Positions 29,197 through 38,090 of a stretch of DNA of 50,556 bases are shown piece by piece. The stretch is from Gemmatales bacterium. GTDB lineage: Bacteria > Planctomycetota > Planctomycetia > Gemmatales > HRBIN36. The first letter of the stretch is position 1, and each line of letters starts with the position of its first letter. The notes beneath the pieces were generated by a model. That model saw only the letters and a list, made by a program, of their open reading frames with translations. It was not told the origin of the DNA and searched no databases. A program made the translations under genes and the position numbers. The stretch lies in the NCBI GenBank assembly GCA_025056555.1, contig JANWVZ010000003.1, positions 1-50,556 on the forward strand, read 5' to 3'.

Positions 29197-31017
29197 TCAA
29201 AATGCTGCAAAGCTGATAAAGAGGGACCAGGCGATGCCCAGTAGCCACCAGTAAGTACTGGGGACTGGGACAGACTCGTAACTCTCAATCCGCAGGCAGT
29301 CGGGCTCGGCCAGATATACGGTAACGTTGGGAAAGAGGGGTTCGGTCAGGGCCTGAGTTGGGGGCAGTAGTAGGGGATCGAATTCCCCTCCAGTGGCCGT
29401 GTGGATAATGCCCCCGACAAGCGGGAAGAGCGAACCGAGAAACTCGAAGAAACTTCGCGGCTCCGACTCGCTGAAGCCGACCAGGCGCGTTGATCTACCT
29501 GTCTTGAGTTGGTCCAGGATGCGCTGTGCTTCTGGCGAAGGGCGCCACCGCGCCCAGTGTTTCATTTCGCGGCGTAGGATGACGCCCTGAATCGGCTGCG
29601 GATAGAGCGAAAACAAAAGCCAATCGTCCACCACGGCCAAAGTGGGCACGATGGGCCAGGTGTCGAACAGGTCCCCGGCCCCCTGCATGTGCAGGCACAT
29701 CAGTTCGACTCCCCGATACTGTCGCCTTCGGAACTCCATCAGAATCCCATTCTCGAATTCGACCCGTTTCCACTTGGCCAGTACCTTGCGGGCCGCAGCG
29801 CTGTCCTTAAGTTGCACGCCAAGGATCACGCCCGTGGACAACACACCATCGGCGGTGGCGTCGCTGGTGAACCAGACGGAATCGAGATGCGGCAGCAGTT
29901 CTTCGAGTGTTTTCATGGCGGGGGCTTTCAGAAAACGTTGGAGGTAGCGCCGCACTTCCTGGGCTTCCTCAGGCCCCACGAGGACTTCTGCGGCGCCTTC
30001 GATGGTGCGCCGAAGTTCTTGAGCAAAAGCGGGGAGGTCGAGCTGGAAGACGGCAACGTCCCCTCGGGGCGATAACGGGGGCAGGGATTGCAGGTTTTGC
30101 AAATACGATTCGATGCCCGATTGGGTGCCGGGAAAGAGAGCGGCCAGACCGCGCCGCTTCCCCGTTGTCAGATGCACGCACAAGGTGCTGCGGAGAACTC
30201 GGTCTTCAGCGCCCAGGTGCCAGGTAATAGCGGGAATATCCTCCAAACCGCTGGCCGCCATCAGTTTTCTCATCTCGGGTCCCAATCGCTCCAGGGCCGC
30301 CATCAGGGGTTGGCCATAGACGTATCCCCGGAAGAAGCTGGTGTATCCCGGACCAGCCATCAGCCGTTTGTACCATTCGTTGTGCAGCACGCTGGGCCTC
30401 TTGCCTGCCAGGACCTCGAGGGTTGCCTCGGGGGATTCCGGCCCCACCAGCAATACCAGGTGTTCCGCTTCTGCCCACCAGGAAACATGCCAACCAGTGT
30501 CCCCAACCTGAATCTGTTGAATGTGCCGGTCCCGCAGTTGCACAGCGGCCAATTTCCACTGCTGGCTTCCCGCCAGCAGACGCAAGAGCTTGGAAACGTG
30601 CGGTTCCTCCTTGGCTTGGCGTGGCAATATCATCGTAATCTGCCAGCGCAGCTCGCCGGCATCGAGCACCTGCACGCCGACGACCAACCCGTCCTCCAAC
30701 ATGCGCCCCAAAACCGGGATCAAATGCTGCCGAAATACGGTGCTCACCACGGCTCCCGGCAAATTGTCCAACGCGTTGCCGATGGTCTCCCCCAGTTTCT
30801 GGACCGCTTCCCGCAAACCGTTGTGCCAAACTTCCGCCAGGGCTGTTTTTTGGAGGACCTGTTGGTGTCGGGCATAGCCGTCGTAACGCAGATAGATAGC
30901 GCATCGGCCATCGAGCAGCGCTTCGGGGGCCACTTGTCCTTCGGGCACGGGTGCCGCCTCGAGGACGCTCCACATCAGGAACCAGGTCACGAGCATACCA
31001 CTGATCCGCCACAACAT
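29197..31017 (-). CDS. hypothetical exported protein
   Basis: 606 aa ORF with strong RBS (AAGGAGAGG), signal-peptide-like N-terminus and hydrophobic C-terminal tail; no catalytic motif recognised. Confidence 0.75.
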   Translation of the reverse strand: MLWRISGMLVTWFLMWSVLEAAPVPEGQVAPEALLDGRCAIYLRYDGYARHQQVLQKTALAEVWHNGLREAVQKLGETIGNALDNLPGAVVSTVFRQHLIPVLGRMLEDGLVVGVQVLDAGELRWQITMILPRQAKEEPHVSKLLRLLAGSQQWKLAAVQLRDRHIQQIQVGDTGWHVSWWAEAEHLVLLVGPESPEATLEVLAGKRPSVLHNEWYKRLMAGPGYTSFFRGYVYGQPLMAALERLGPEMRKLMAASGLEDIPAITWHLGAEDRVLRSTLCVHLTTGKRRGLAALFPGTQSGIESYLQNLQSLPPLSPRGDVAVFQLDLPAFAQELRRTIEGAAEVLVGPEEAQEVRRYLQRFLKAPAMKTLEELLPHLDSVWFTSDATADGVLSTGVILGVQLKDSAAARKVLAKWKRVEFENGILMEFRRRQYRGVELMCLHMQGAGDLFDTWPIVPTLAVVDDWLLFSLYPQPIQGVILRREMKHWARWRPSPEAQRILDQLKTGRSTRLVGFSESEPRSFFEFLGSLFPLVGGIIHTATGGEFDPLLLPPTQALTEPLFPNVTVYLAEPDCLRIESYESVPVPSTYWWLLGIAWSLFISFAAF

Positions 31018-31216
31018 ATTTCCTCTCCTTCTGGTGAAGTTATTTGGAATTGCGTCGCAGAAAGGTTAGTTATGCCATCAGAGAATTCAAGCCCTGGGCT
31101 AGACAGAGGGAAACAAGCGGGGGGGCAACACCGATGGGCCTTTGCCCATCTTGGCAGTGCCGACTCAGCCGTTGAACCTCGTATCGCGGCTTCGCCGAAT
31201 CGAGGCGGAGAATCCG

Positions 31217-32398
31217 TCAGGGTTCGGCTGGCCTGACAGCAGTGATGCGTTTGACCAGCATGGTGGCATAACAACCCCGCGGCAGAACACATTGCAGATA
31301 CAACTTGCGCTTGCCGCTCTGGAGTTCGTCCTGTTCGAGCTGGTAGGCCAAATCCTGCGGGAAAAACACTGCGGCGCGTTCTCCGCGCGAGAAAAACGGC
31401 TTGCGAAAATGGCGGAGGCGCAATTGGCGTAGCGTGATTTTTTCGGCCGCCAGAACATCTTCGAGAATCGGCCGCAGCGGATGATCTTCCACGAGTTTAA
31501 GCCGCGCGCTCAGGTAGGGTATCTGCAACGACTTCAAGGCGTGCCGTTGTTCAGGATTCAGTTGCCGATAAAACCACACCGGCCCCGTCTTTAATTCCAC
31601 CTCCCAGAGTTGTTGCGGTCGGCAATGTAATTCGAGCCAACGGCTCAGACAGCGGTTCCACAGGTAGCTTTGGTAGGCCGACAAATACAACGTTTTCAAT
31701 TCCATGTGCAGGCAGGCAAAGGCGCCGCGAAAATCCTGAGGATGGTCGCACAGATAACTGATGACGCTACGCACGTTGCCGCGGGGTAACTGTTCTTTGA
31801 GCTGCGACCAGTTCCCCCATTGCTTGCGGAGCAATTCCTTGAGTTTTCGGATTGAGCTGCGGTCGTGCTCGTGCGGTGCGCTGAGGGCCAGTTGAAGGGC
31901 CGTTTCGTAATCTTCGTGGATGAGATACCAAGCAATGAAACGCCGCTCCGGCGTGACCGAACCAAACCGCTGATCGTCGAAGTAATTAGGCACCCCATCC
32001 TGCTGCAGTTGCTCCAGACTTTCAAGGGCCAGCCGTGCTTCCGCGGCAGAGAGATCGCGAATTGTGATCGCGAACCGATTGCCGGTCACCAGTTTCGGAC
32101 CATACGGAACCCCGATTTGCCCCAAATAATGCAGATGCAGGTGCGTCTGTTTCAGGCCCCGGCGGGGACCGTGGAGAATACTGAGATACTGCGTGGTGCT
32201 GGCATGACGATCTTTGAGCCCCCCGTAGCCGATACGCCAGCGCGGGATTTTCCATTTGCGGCAAATGGCGTCGAGCGCCTCGGGAGTACCGAGCGACTCC
32301 TTCTCCAGGCGATAAAAGGCATAATTGCCTTCGCTGCCGGGCTGGACAGCGGTAAGTTCTTCGACGCGGAAATCCTGCGGTAGTTGTTTGAGTTTCAT
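31217..32398 (-). CDS. truD: tRNA pseudouridine(13) synthase
   Basis: P.DFRVEE, GLKDRHASTTQY.S, GNRF.I.IR, PNYFDDQRFG, SAYQSYLWN, LPRGCYAT. Confidence 0.95.
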   Translation of the reverse strand: MKLKQLPQDFRVEELTAVQPGSEGNYAFYRLEKESLGTPEALDAICRKWKIPRWRIGYGGLKDRHASTTQYLSILHGPRRGLKQTHLHLHYLGQIGVPYGPKLVTGNRFAITIRDLSAAEARLALESLEQLQQDGVPNYFDDQRFGSVTPERRFIAWYLIHEDYETALQLALSAPHEHDRSSIRKLKELLRKQWGNWSQLKEQLPRGNVRSVISYLCDHPQDFRGAFACLHMELKTLYLSAYQSYLWNRCLSRWLELHCRPQQLWEVELKTGPVWFYRQLNPEQRHALKSLQIPYLSARLKLVEDHPLRPILEDVLAAEKITLRQLRLRHFRKPFFSRGERAAVFFPQDLAYQLEQDELQSGKRKLYLQCVLPRGCYATMLVKRITAVRPAEP

Positions 32399-32534
32399 GG
32401 TGGAGAGTCAGGCAACGACTGCCCAGCTTCGGTACGTCCGATTGCCCATCATGGTCGCGGATACCGTTACCCTGGAGCGTCGGGTTGTGCTACTTGGCAA
32501 GCCCAATCAACCGAAGTCCTCCCGGAACTAAAGT

Positions 32535-32603
32535 AAAAAGGCCGAGGGAGCGGTCTGAGACCGGTCGCCCAGGCAGCCCCAGAGGTAACCGCATCCCTCG
32601 GCC
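32535..32603 (-). ncRNA. candidate structured small RNA or leader hairpin ending in a U-tract
   Basis: GGCCGAGGGAUGCGGUUACCUCUGGGGCUGCCUGGGCGACCGGUCUCAGACCGCUCCCUCGGCCUUUUU: 10-bp and 5-bp outer stems, a 9-bp inner stem with 3 G-U pairs, then U5. Confidence 0.55.
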
Positions 32604-32609
32604 ACTGGT

Positions 32610-32637
32610 ATTATAGACCCACGCCCAGTGGGGGCAA
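32610..32637 (-). promoter_or_regulatory. sigma70-type promoter
   Basis: TTGCCC (32637-32632), 16-nt spacer, TATAAT (32615-32610); predicted +1 near 32603, pointing toward truD. Confidence 0.6.
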
Positions 32638-32917
32638 GCATCGCCACCGCGAATTTTCCGAGTTCCATGACTCATCAGTCCGAGCTCAGTCCGCGAGAAG
32701 TCTTGCGCTCTGCGGGGTGGGCGTCCTGGCTTGGGTTCGGTTCCCGCAGGTCGAGTCTCGCGTGGCCTGCGCTGCTGAATCTGAAGCGCGCCATAGAACT
32801 CGTTTGGGTGCGGCTGCAACTTGTCCCCCAGGGTTCGTTGGGCCTGAGAATTATAATAGTGTGTCCCTGGCCCGGCGTTAGCGCCCCGAATAAGCCCCAC
32901 ACCGGCAGAGGTGCATC

Positions 32918-33295
32918 ATGGCTATTCCACAGCAGCCGGTACCGCGGAGGAACGTGATTTTCGTCATCCATCCGTATAAGTATCACGGCACCTGGGTGTT
33001 CGACGACCCGGACAGGGGCCTCAGCAAAGAGCCCTTTGTCGCAGGGGCCGATGTGGTCCTCGACCGCATTACCGCCCATATCCCGGAGGCTGAGCATGGC
33101 GTCACGATATTGTTTTCCGATCAGCCGTTTCCAGGGTATGAGCATGAGTTTGTGTGGATGCGCGACGAATTCGGGGGCGCCTGGTATACCGACCCGCGCA
33201 CTGGTCAGGAAGGCTGGCTCTGTTCGGCATTACTGCGTTACTTTCCCGAACCGCCGCCTCGGCTATACGTCCAAGTCCAGCCCAGAAAGAGTTAG
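32918..33295 (+). CDS. DUF6717-like conserved hypothetical protein
   Basis: I.PYKY.G.WVFDD...GL..EPFV.GAD, LFS..PFPG, G.WY, EGWLC.AL..YF...P; GAGGTG RBS. Confidence 0.75.
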   Translation: MAIPQQPVPRRNVIFVIHPYKYHGTWVFDDPDRGLSKEPFVAGADVVLDRITAHIPEAEHGVTILFSDQPFPGYEHEFVWMRDEFGGAWYTDPRTGQEGWLCSALLRYFPEPPPRLYVQVQPRKS

Positions 33296-33439
33296 GGTTT
33301 CGCTCTGCCGCCCAATTAACCCACCAAGTGTAGCCGCGCGCATTTTCTCTTCGGCGATTGTACCACCCGCATGTCGCATTTGAGCCGAGGGACCAGCTAT
33401 GCGGGAGGCTCCGGGCTTCGATGCGGCGGGAAACGATCG

Positions 33440-34633
33440 CTAGGGCGCCTGAACTTTCCGGATTTTGCGTTCGGCTTCGCGTTTGAGTTGTTGGTCGCGA
33501 TGGCTGGGAGAAGCGAGCTCAATGGCTTTTTTCCAGGCCGCCACCGCCTGTTCCCGTTCTCCCAAGGCCAGGTGCACATCGCCGAGGTGATCGTAGAGTT
33601 CCGCATGCTGCCCATCTGGTAAGGCCACCGCCTGCAACAATAGTTTCTTCGCCTCCGCATACTGTTTTTTCTTGTAATAGACCCAGGCGAGGCTGTCCAG
33701 ATAAGCCGCGTTTTCAGGTTCTTTCTCCAGGGCCTTGCGGATCATTTTCTCGGCCTGGTCGAGGTTGCGATCATGATCGACCCAAATGTAACCGAGGTCG
33801 TTGTTATACGTCGGATTGTCCGGCTCTTTCTTGAGCAGGACTTGCAGGTATTCGGTGGCTTTATCCACATCGTTCATTTCCGCATACAGGCTGCCCAGCT
33901 GATAGCGAATGAAATCAGCAACTTTTTCGTTATTGGCTTGGGCCAGGGCCTTCTGGTAGAGATCGGCGGCTTTGCCGTACTGGCCGGTGAAACGAAGCAG
34001 CCAGGCCTCCCGCTGGAGGATGAGGGGGTGCTCATCGAGCCCGCGAACCGCCTTGAACTTGGCGAGGATATTGTTGGCATCGTCGAGACGGTTCAGGTAG
34101 GCATAGACGATGATCATCTGCAGGGTGACGAAGATTTTGCGGCTTTCCATTTCTGGGGTGCTCGCTTCCATTTCGAGGATTTCCCGCCCTAAGCGCTCGG
34201 CCTGGGCGAACTGGCGCGTGCGCATGGCCAGGCTCATCATCAGTTCCCGCAGCTCAAACTCGCGCATGGTACTCTTGATCAACCGCGCACGCTCCATCAG
34301 GAAGCGATAGAGTACTTCGGCACTTTGGAAGTCGTGGATTTCGTCGCACAGGTGCAGCACAATATAGGCGGCGTTGTAACCCAGGGGGCTGTCCTTCTGC
34401 TGGGCCAGTGCCACAGCTGCCTGCACCAGTTCCTTCAGTTGCTGGCGGGTGCGTTCGCGACTGAGCCGCTCAATGACAGCTTGAATCTGGTCGGTGCCGG
34501 TGATTTCGTCGAGTTTCAGCACCTCCAGTTCCCGATCGTTCCGCGGCGCGAGGTGGGCAACCGCCGCGGTAGCCCCCCCATGCAGCAACCCCACCAGGTA
34601 CAGGGCAACCGTCACCATACCAGATCGGTACAT
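33440..34633 (-). CDS. exported TPR-repeat protein
   Basis: Signal-like N-terminus; NNDLGYIW, EPENAAYLDSLAWVYYK, YDHLGDV. GGAGG before ATG 34633; the ORF is open to GTG 34645. Confidence 0.88.
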   Translation of the reverse strand: MYRSGMVTVALYLVGLLHGGATAAVAHLAPRNDRELEVLKLDEITGTDQIQAVIERLSRERTRQQLKELVQAAVALAQQKDSPLGYNAAYIVLHLCDEIHDFQSAEVLYRFLMERARLIKSTMREFELRELMMSLAMRTRQFAQAERLGREILEMEASTPEMESRKIFVTLQMIIVYAYLNRLDDANNILAKFKAVRGLDEHPLILQREAWLLRFTGQYGKAADLYQKALAQANNEKVADFIRYQLGSLYAEMNDVDKATEYLQVLLKKEPDNPTYNNDLGYIWVDHDRNLDQAEKMIRKALEKEPENAAYLDSLAWVYYKKKQYAEAKKLLLQAVALPDGQHAELYDHLGDVHLALGEREQAVAAWKKAIELASPSHRDQQLKREAERKIRKVQAP

Positions 34634-34892
34634 GATGGCCTCCACTTCCTTCAGGACAAAGGGTTTGCCCTCATTATAAGCTGGGTAGACTTTTCCTTGC
34701 GCGGACGATGCGGACCAGCCGGGCGCACTCGGCTTGAGACGCTCGTCGCTGGCCAGGACCTCCGTCTCCTCTGACTATGCTAATCAATACCAAGTCTTTT
34801 GGCCAAGAGCAATTAGCCTGAACGGTGCTGCGGACCTTGCTCCCAACGGTTGACGCGCGATAGCGTCCAACCTCTGGAACCGACCTGTCGCT

Positions 34893-37800
34893 TCACGGCG
34901 CCGATTCTTCCCGACTTGGTGTGGCATCTTTACGGTTTCGCTCGCGCACGAAACGGTTGCCCTGAAGCACGTAGCCCGCATCCCTCAATTGTTTCTGCGT
35001 CCAAAATAACCCGGATCCCGTAGACATGTTAAACAGGCCCTGACGAAATCGCACGCCCCATCGGTTCTCGCCGGTGGCTTCGTTGACCAGCACAGGGACA
35101 CGGCGGTAAATGGCTTTGGTCAGTTCAGCATCCTGTCGGGTGCGGAAAATCGGGCACGTCCTGGTGTTGGGGTTGATCAAGGTGAAATCGTGGGCCGTAA
35201 GCGCAAAGCGTCGCCCTTCATCGCGAAGGTCGCGTGCGCGGCTCAGGAAAAATGCCAGCACAGGTCCCTCGGCGTCGGATTCGTGCTCGGCGGTTTTGTC
35301 TGCGGTGTTCGGCGGTTTCCCATCAGATCGGCGCAGCGTCATCAGGCAGAACTTGTAGCTTCGGTGGACACCGAGGAAGACGCCTTCTTTATTCTCAAAA
35401 TCGAACAAACTGACGAGTTGGCCAGTTTGCACCAGATGATTGAAAAACTCCCGGTTGTTGACATCGGTAGCGATGCCGCTAGGAATGACCACACCGGCCC
35501 GTCCCCCCGGAGCGAGGAGACGTAAGAAGAGTTCTGCGAAGACTGAATAGTAATTGATACGCCCTGATGAAGTCATGGCGAAGCGTCGAGAGCTGCGCAG
35601 ATACTTGCGTAAGGCATCAGCATCATGAAGTGCCTGCTGATAATCTCGCCACAGGGCTAAGTTTCTTTTAGGCAAATCTGAAATTAGTCGTTCACGTATT
35701 GCCTTATTTGCTGCGGTGGCAATTTCGGCATCGCGTGTTGCGAAGAAGACTTGTTCCTCAAGCTGTATTAGTTCCCAAGGGGGATTGCATAAGACGACGT
35801 CGAAGCCGCCTTGGAGAAAGACGTCGGGAAACTCCAGAGGCCAATGGAAAAACCGCAGGCGCTGGGCTAATTGGTCGGCACTGGCCAGAGGAGCGCCCAG
35901 AGCAGGACCCTGAGAGCGGAATTGACACAAGGTATCGGTGGTGATGACCGCGGCTCGGTCTAAAGTCTGGTCGCGGGCCTGAAAGAAAGCGGCCACATAG
36001 AGATCGCACAGCTGGCGCTGAGGTCTGGCATGCTTGTGCCAATCCTCGAAACGCTGCTTCTTATCGCGCACCACCTGCGGCGAGTCGTCGGCCAGGCGCG
36101 CCAGGGAGGAAAGTTCCTGCGCCAAGGGGGCTAACTCCTGGGAGGTAAATAGCAGGCGCTTCTGGCCTCGGACCCGGTCCGCCTGTTCCTGGCGATTGGC
36201 CTTCCTGATGGCGCGGGCTAATGAGGGATCATCGCCACTGACCGGGTCGAAAGCCGTGTTAGGGATACCGTCGTTCAGAACGGTCCAATCCAGAACTCCG
36301 ACGAGCGAATCGCCACAGCGGATGCGATGGTCGAGGAAGGTGAGGGGTTTGTGCGGAACGTGGCTTTCCAACCAGAGGGCCAGTTTACACAACTGGACAG
36401 CCAGAGGGTTCTTATCCACCCCGAAAATGCAGTGGGCAATGACGTCGCGAATAGCGACGCGCTGAGCTTCGGGAGCGGGCTCTTCGTCGCCAGTACGAAT
36501 CCGCGCCAGTTCTTTGCCCAGCCGTCGTGCCGCCGCCAGCAGGAAATGTCCCGAGCCGCAGGCGGGGTCAATCACCTTGATCTCCAGAAGTGCTTTTTCC
36601 TTGTCGGAAGGATTGGCCAGAGACTGACAGCGTTGATAGAGGATCGGCTCCAGGGCGCTGCGCACCAGCTCCTGCACCAGTTCCGGCGGGGTGTAATACG
36701 ACCCCGTGGACTTGCGTTGCGTGCCCCGCTGAAAGGTAAACTCCCAGCTTCCGGCCTCGGTTCGGAACACCGGGTGATTATCGAGCAGACTTTCGTATAC
36801 CGAGCCGAGTTCCTCGACATCCAGAGCGGCATAATTGACGCGACGAATACTGTGCCCGGCACTTTCGTCGTGGTAATAAATCAGGTGCCGCACCGCCTGT
36901 AGCAAATCGCGATTAGCCAGGCAACACTCATCGAACACAATCGGGTCAAAGAGTTCCCCATCCAGGACGGGCAATCCCAGCAGCGAAGCCAGGGGTTGCC
37001 CTTGCAATTCGGCACACGGTGTACCATCCGCCAGCAGTTTCCAGAGCAGACACAGTCCCCACCAGAGATCCCCGTCGTCGGTGTAAGCGCTTCGCCGGTC
37101 GACAAGCCGGCGGAAACGGCTCACGCCGTAGTGTTCGCGGTACAAACGATGGGCACCGAGCAAGCCCCGGTCTTCGCACACCAAAAGGAACAGCAGCCGA
37201 TAAACCAGGCAGAGCAAATCGCGATAAAACTCCAAAGCCGACAACGCTTCGCCGGAAGCGTTGGCACACTGGCGGGGATCAATCCGACGACGCAGTTCGC
37301 TATTGGCGGGATGCCGGAGAAAACCATTGGCCAGGGTCTGCAGGCATTCTTCAACGCCTTCCCGCAACCGCTCGCGGACACGACTTCCCTGCTCAACCGA
37401 GTTGCGATAGTAGACTTCCAAGGGGCAGGCGTCAATCTGGGCCTCCGCCACGGGCAAGCGGGTGCGGTGCACCAGCCGGTAGAAGACGTTGAAATCCAGA
37501 AAGAGCTGTTCCTCGAAGATGCGAGCCAGGTCGAACTCGATGTAGGCCAGGCGCCGAATGTACGAGCAATCGCGGAGAACTCGCAATACCAGGCCGTTAG
37601 TTACCAGGCCCCAGAGGTGCTCGGTGCGATTGAGAAACTGCTGGAGCAAGGAATGGGGAGCCAGGCGTGGCCGACCGCTGGGCGGAACCTTTCCCAGTTC
37701 CTGACGCGCGCCGACGATGTGCACGGGGGGCGCCCACGCCTCTGCCCCGGCCCGATGGGAAATGGGATAGATCTCCTGCTCCACCTGGTAGGGACGGCTG

Positions 37801-38090
37801 TTGTAATGCAAGTCGTAGCCCAGCATGCTGAACAGGGGGACTACCCAGGTATCGCGCGTGACGGAAGTAGCGCTGTCCTGAGGCGGCAGCCGGGCCAGAC
37901 GATTCTGAAACACTCCCCATTGCGCCCGTGCATCTGCGAAAATGGCTGCGATTTCCTCCGTGAGCGGGCGCTTCTCCGACAGGCCGAAATCTCGGGCCCG
38001 CTGATAGTCCAGTTCGCCTTGGAGCAGGCGTTCCAGCAGATCGGCACTGAAAAATCCGCCCTCAATGCGCACGGCGGGAAAAAGACTCAT
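34893..38090 (-). CDS. Eco57I/DrmMI-like N6-adenine DNA methyltransferase, probably C-terminally truncated
   Basis: EELGSVYESLL, RKSTGSYYTP, DPACGSGHFL (motif I), GVDKNP, CGDSL, FFHWPLEFP, NPPW (motif IV), INPNTRTCPIFR. Confidence 0.88.
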   Translation of the reverse strand: MSLFPAVRIEGGFFSADLLERLLQGELDYQRARDFGLSEKRPLTEEIAAIFADARAQWGVFQNRLARLPPQDSATSVTRDTWVVPLFSMLGYDLHYNSRPYQVEQEIYPISHRAGAEAWAPPVHIVGARQELGKVPPSGRPRLAPHSLLQQFLNRTEHLWGLVTNGLVLRVLRDCSYIRRLAYIEFDLARIFEEQLFLDFNVFYRLVHRTRLPVAEAQIDACPLEVYYRNSVEQGSRVRERLREGVEECLQTLANGFLRHPANSELRRRIDPRQCANASGEALSALEFYRDLLCLVYRLLFLLVCEDRGLLGAHRLYREHYGVSRFRRLVDRRSAYTDDGDLWWGLCLLWKLLADGTPCAELQGQPLASLLGLPVLDGELFDPIVFDECCLANRDLLQAVRHLIYYHDESAGHSIRRVNYAALDVEELGSVYESLLDNHPVFRTEAGSWEFTFQRGTQRKSTGSYYTPPELVQELVRSALEPILYQRCQSLANPSDKEKALLEIKVIDPACGSGHFLLAAARRLGKELARIRTGDEEPAPEAQRVAIRDVIAHCIFGVDKNPLAVQLCKLALWLESHVPHKPLTFLDHRIRCGDSLVGVLDWTVLNDGIPNTAFDPVSGDDPSLARAIRKANRQEQADRVRGQKRLLFTSQELAPLAQELSSLARLADDSPQVVRDKKQRFEDWHKHARPQRQLCDLYVAAFFQARDQTLDRAAVITTDTLCQFRSQGPALGAPLASADQLAQRLRFFHWPLEFPDVFLQGGFDVVLCNPPWELIQLEEQVFFATRDAEIATAANKAIRERLISDLPKRNLALWRDYQQALHDADALRKYLRSSRRFAMTSSGRINYYSVFAELFLRLLAPGGRAGVVIPSGIATDVNNREFFNHLVQTGQLVSLFDFENKEGVFLGVHRSYKFCLMTLRRSDGKPPNTADKTAEHESDAEGPVLAFFLSRARDLRDEGRRFALTAHDFTLINPNTRTCPIFRTRQDAELTKAIYRRVPVLVNEATGENRWGVRFRQGLFNMSTGSGLFWTQKQLRDAGYVLQGNRFVRERNRKDATPSREESAP

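Noticed and set aside
30088-31236. 382-aa plus-strand ORF
   Set aside because: Antisense shadow of the 29197..31017 gene in GC-rich DNA; no motifs.
32535-32603. SRP (4.5S) RNA or tRNA identity for the hairpin
   Set aside because: Lacks the SRP domain-IV CAGG-GNRA-AGCA arrangement and has no cloverleaf, T-loop or CCA.
32628-32957. 109-aa ORF with a Tat-signal-like start (SPREVLRSAG)
   Set aside because: No twin arginine, no RBS, overlaps the DUF6717-like gene and has no recognisable domain.
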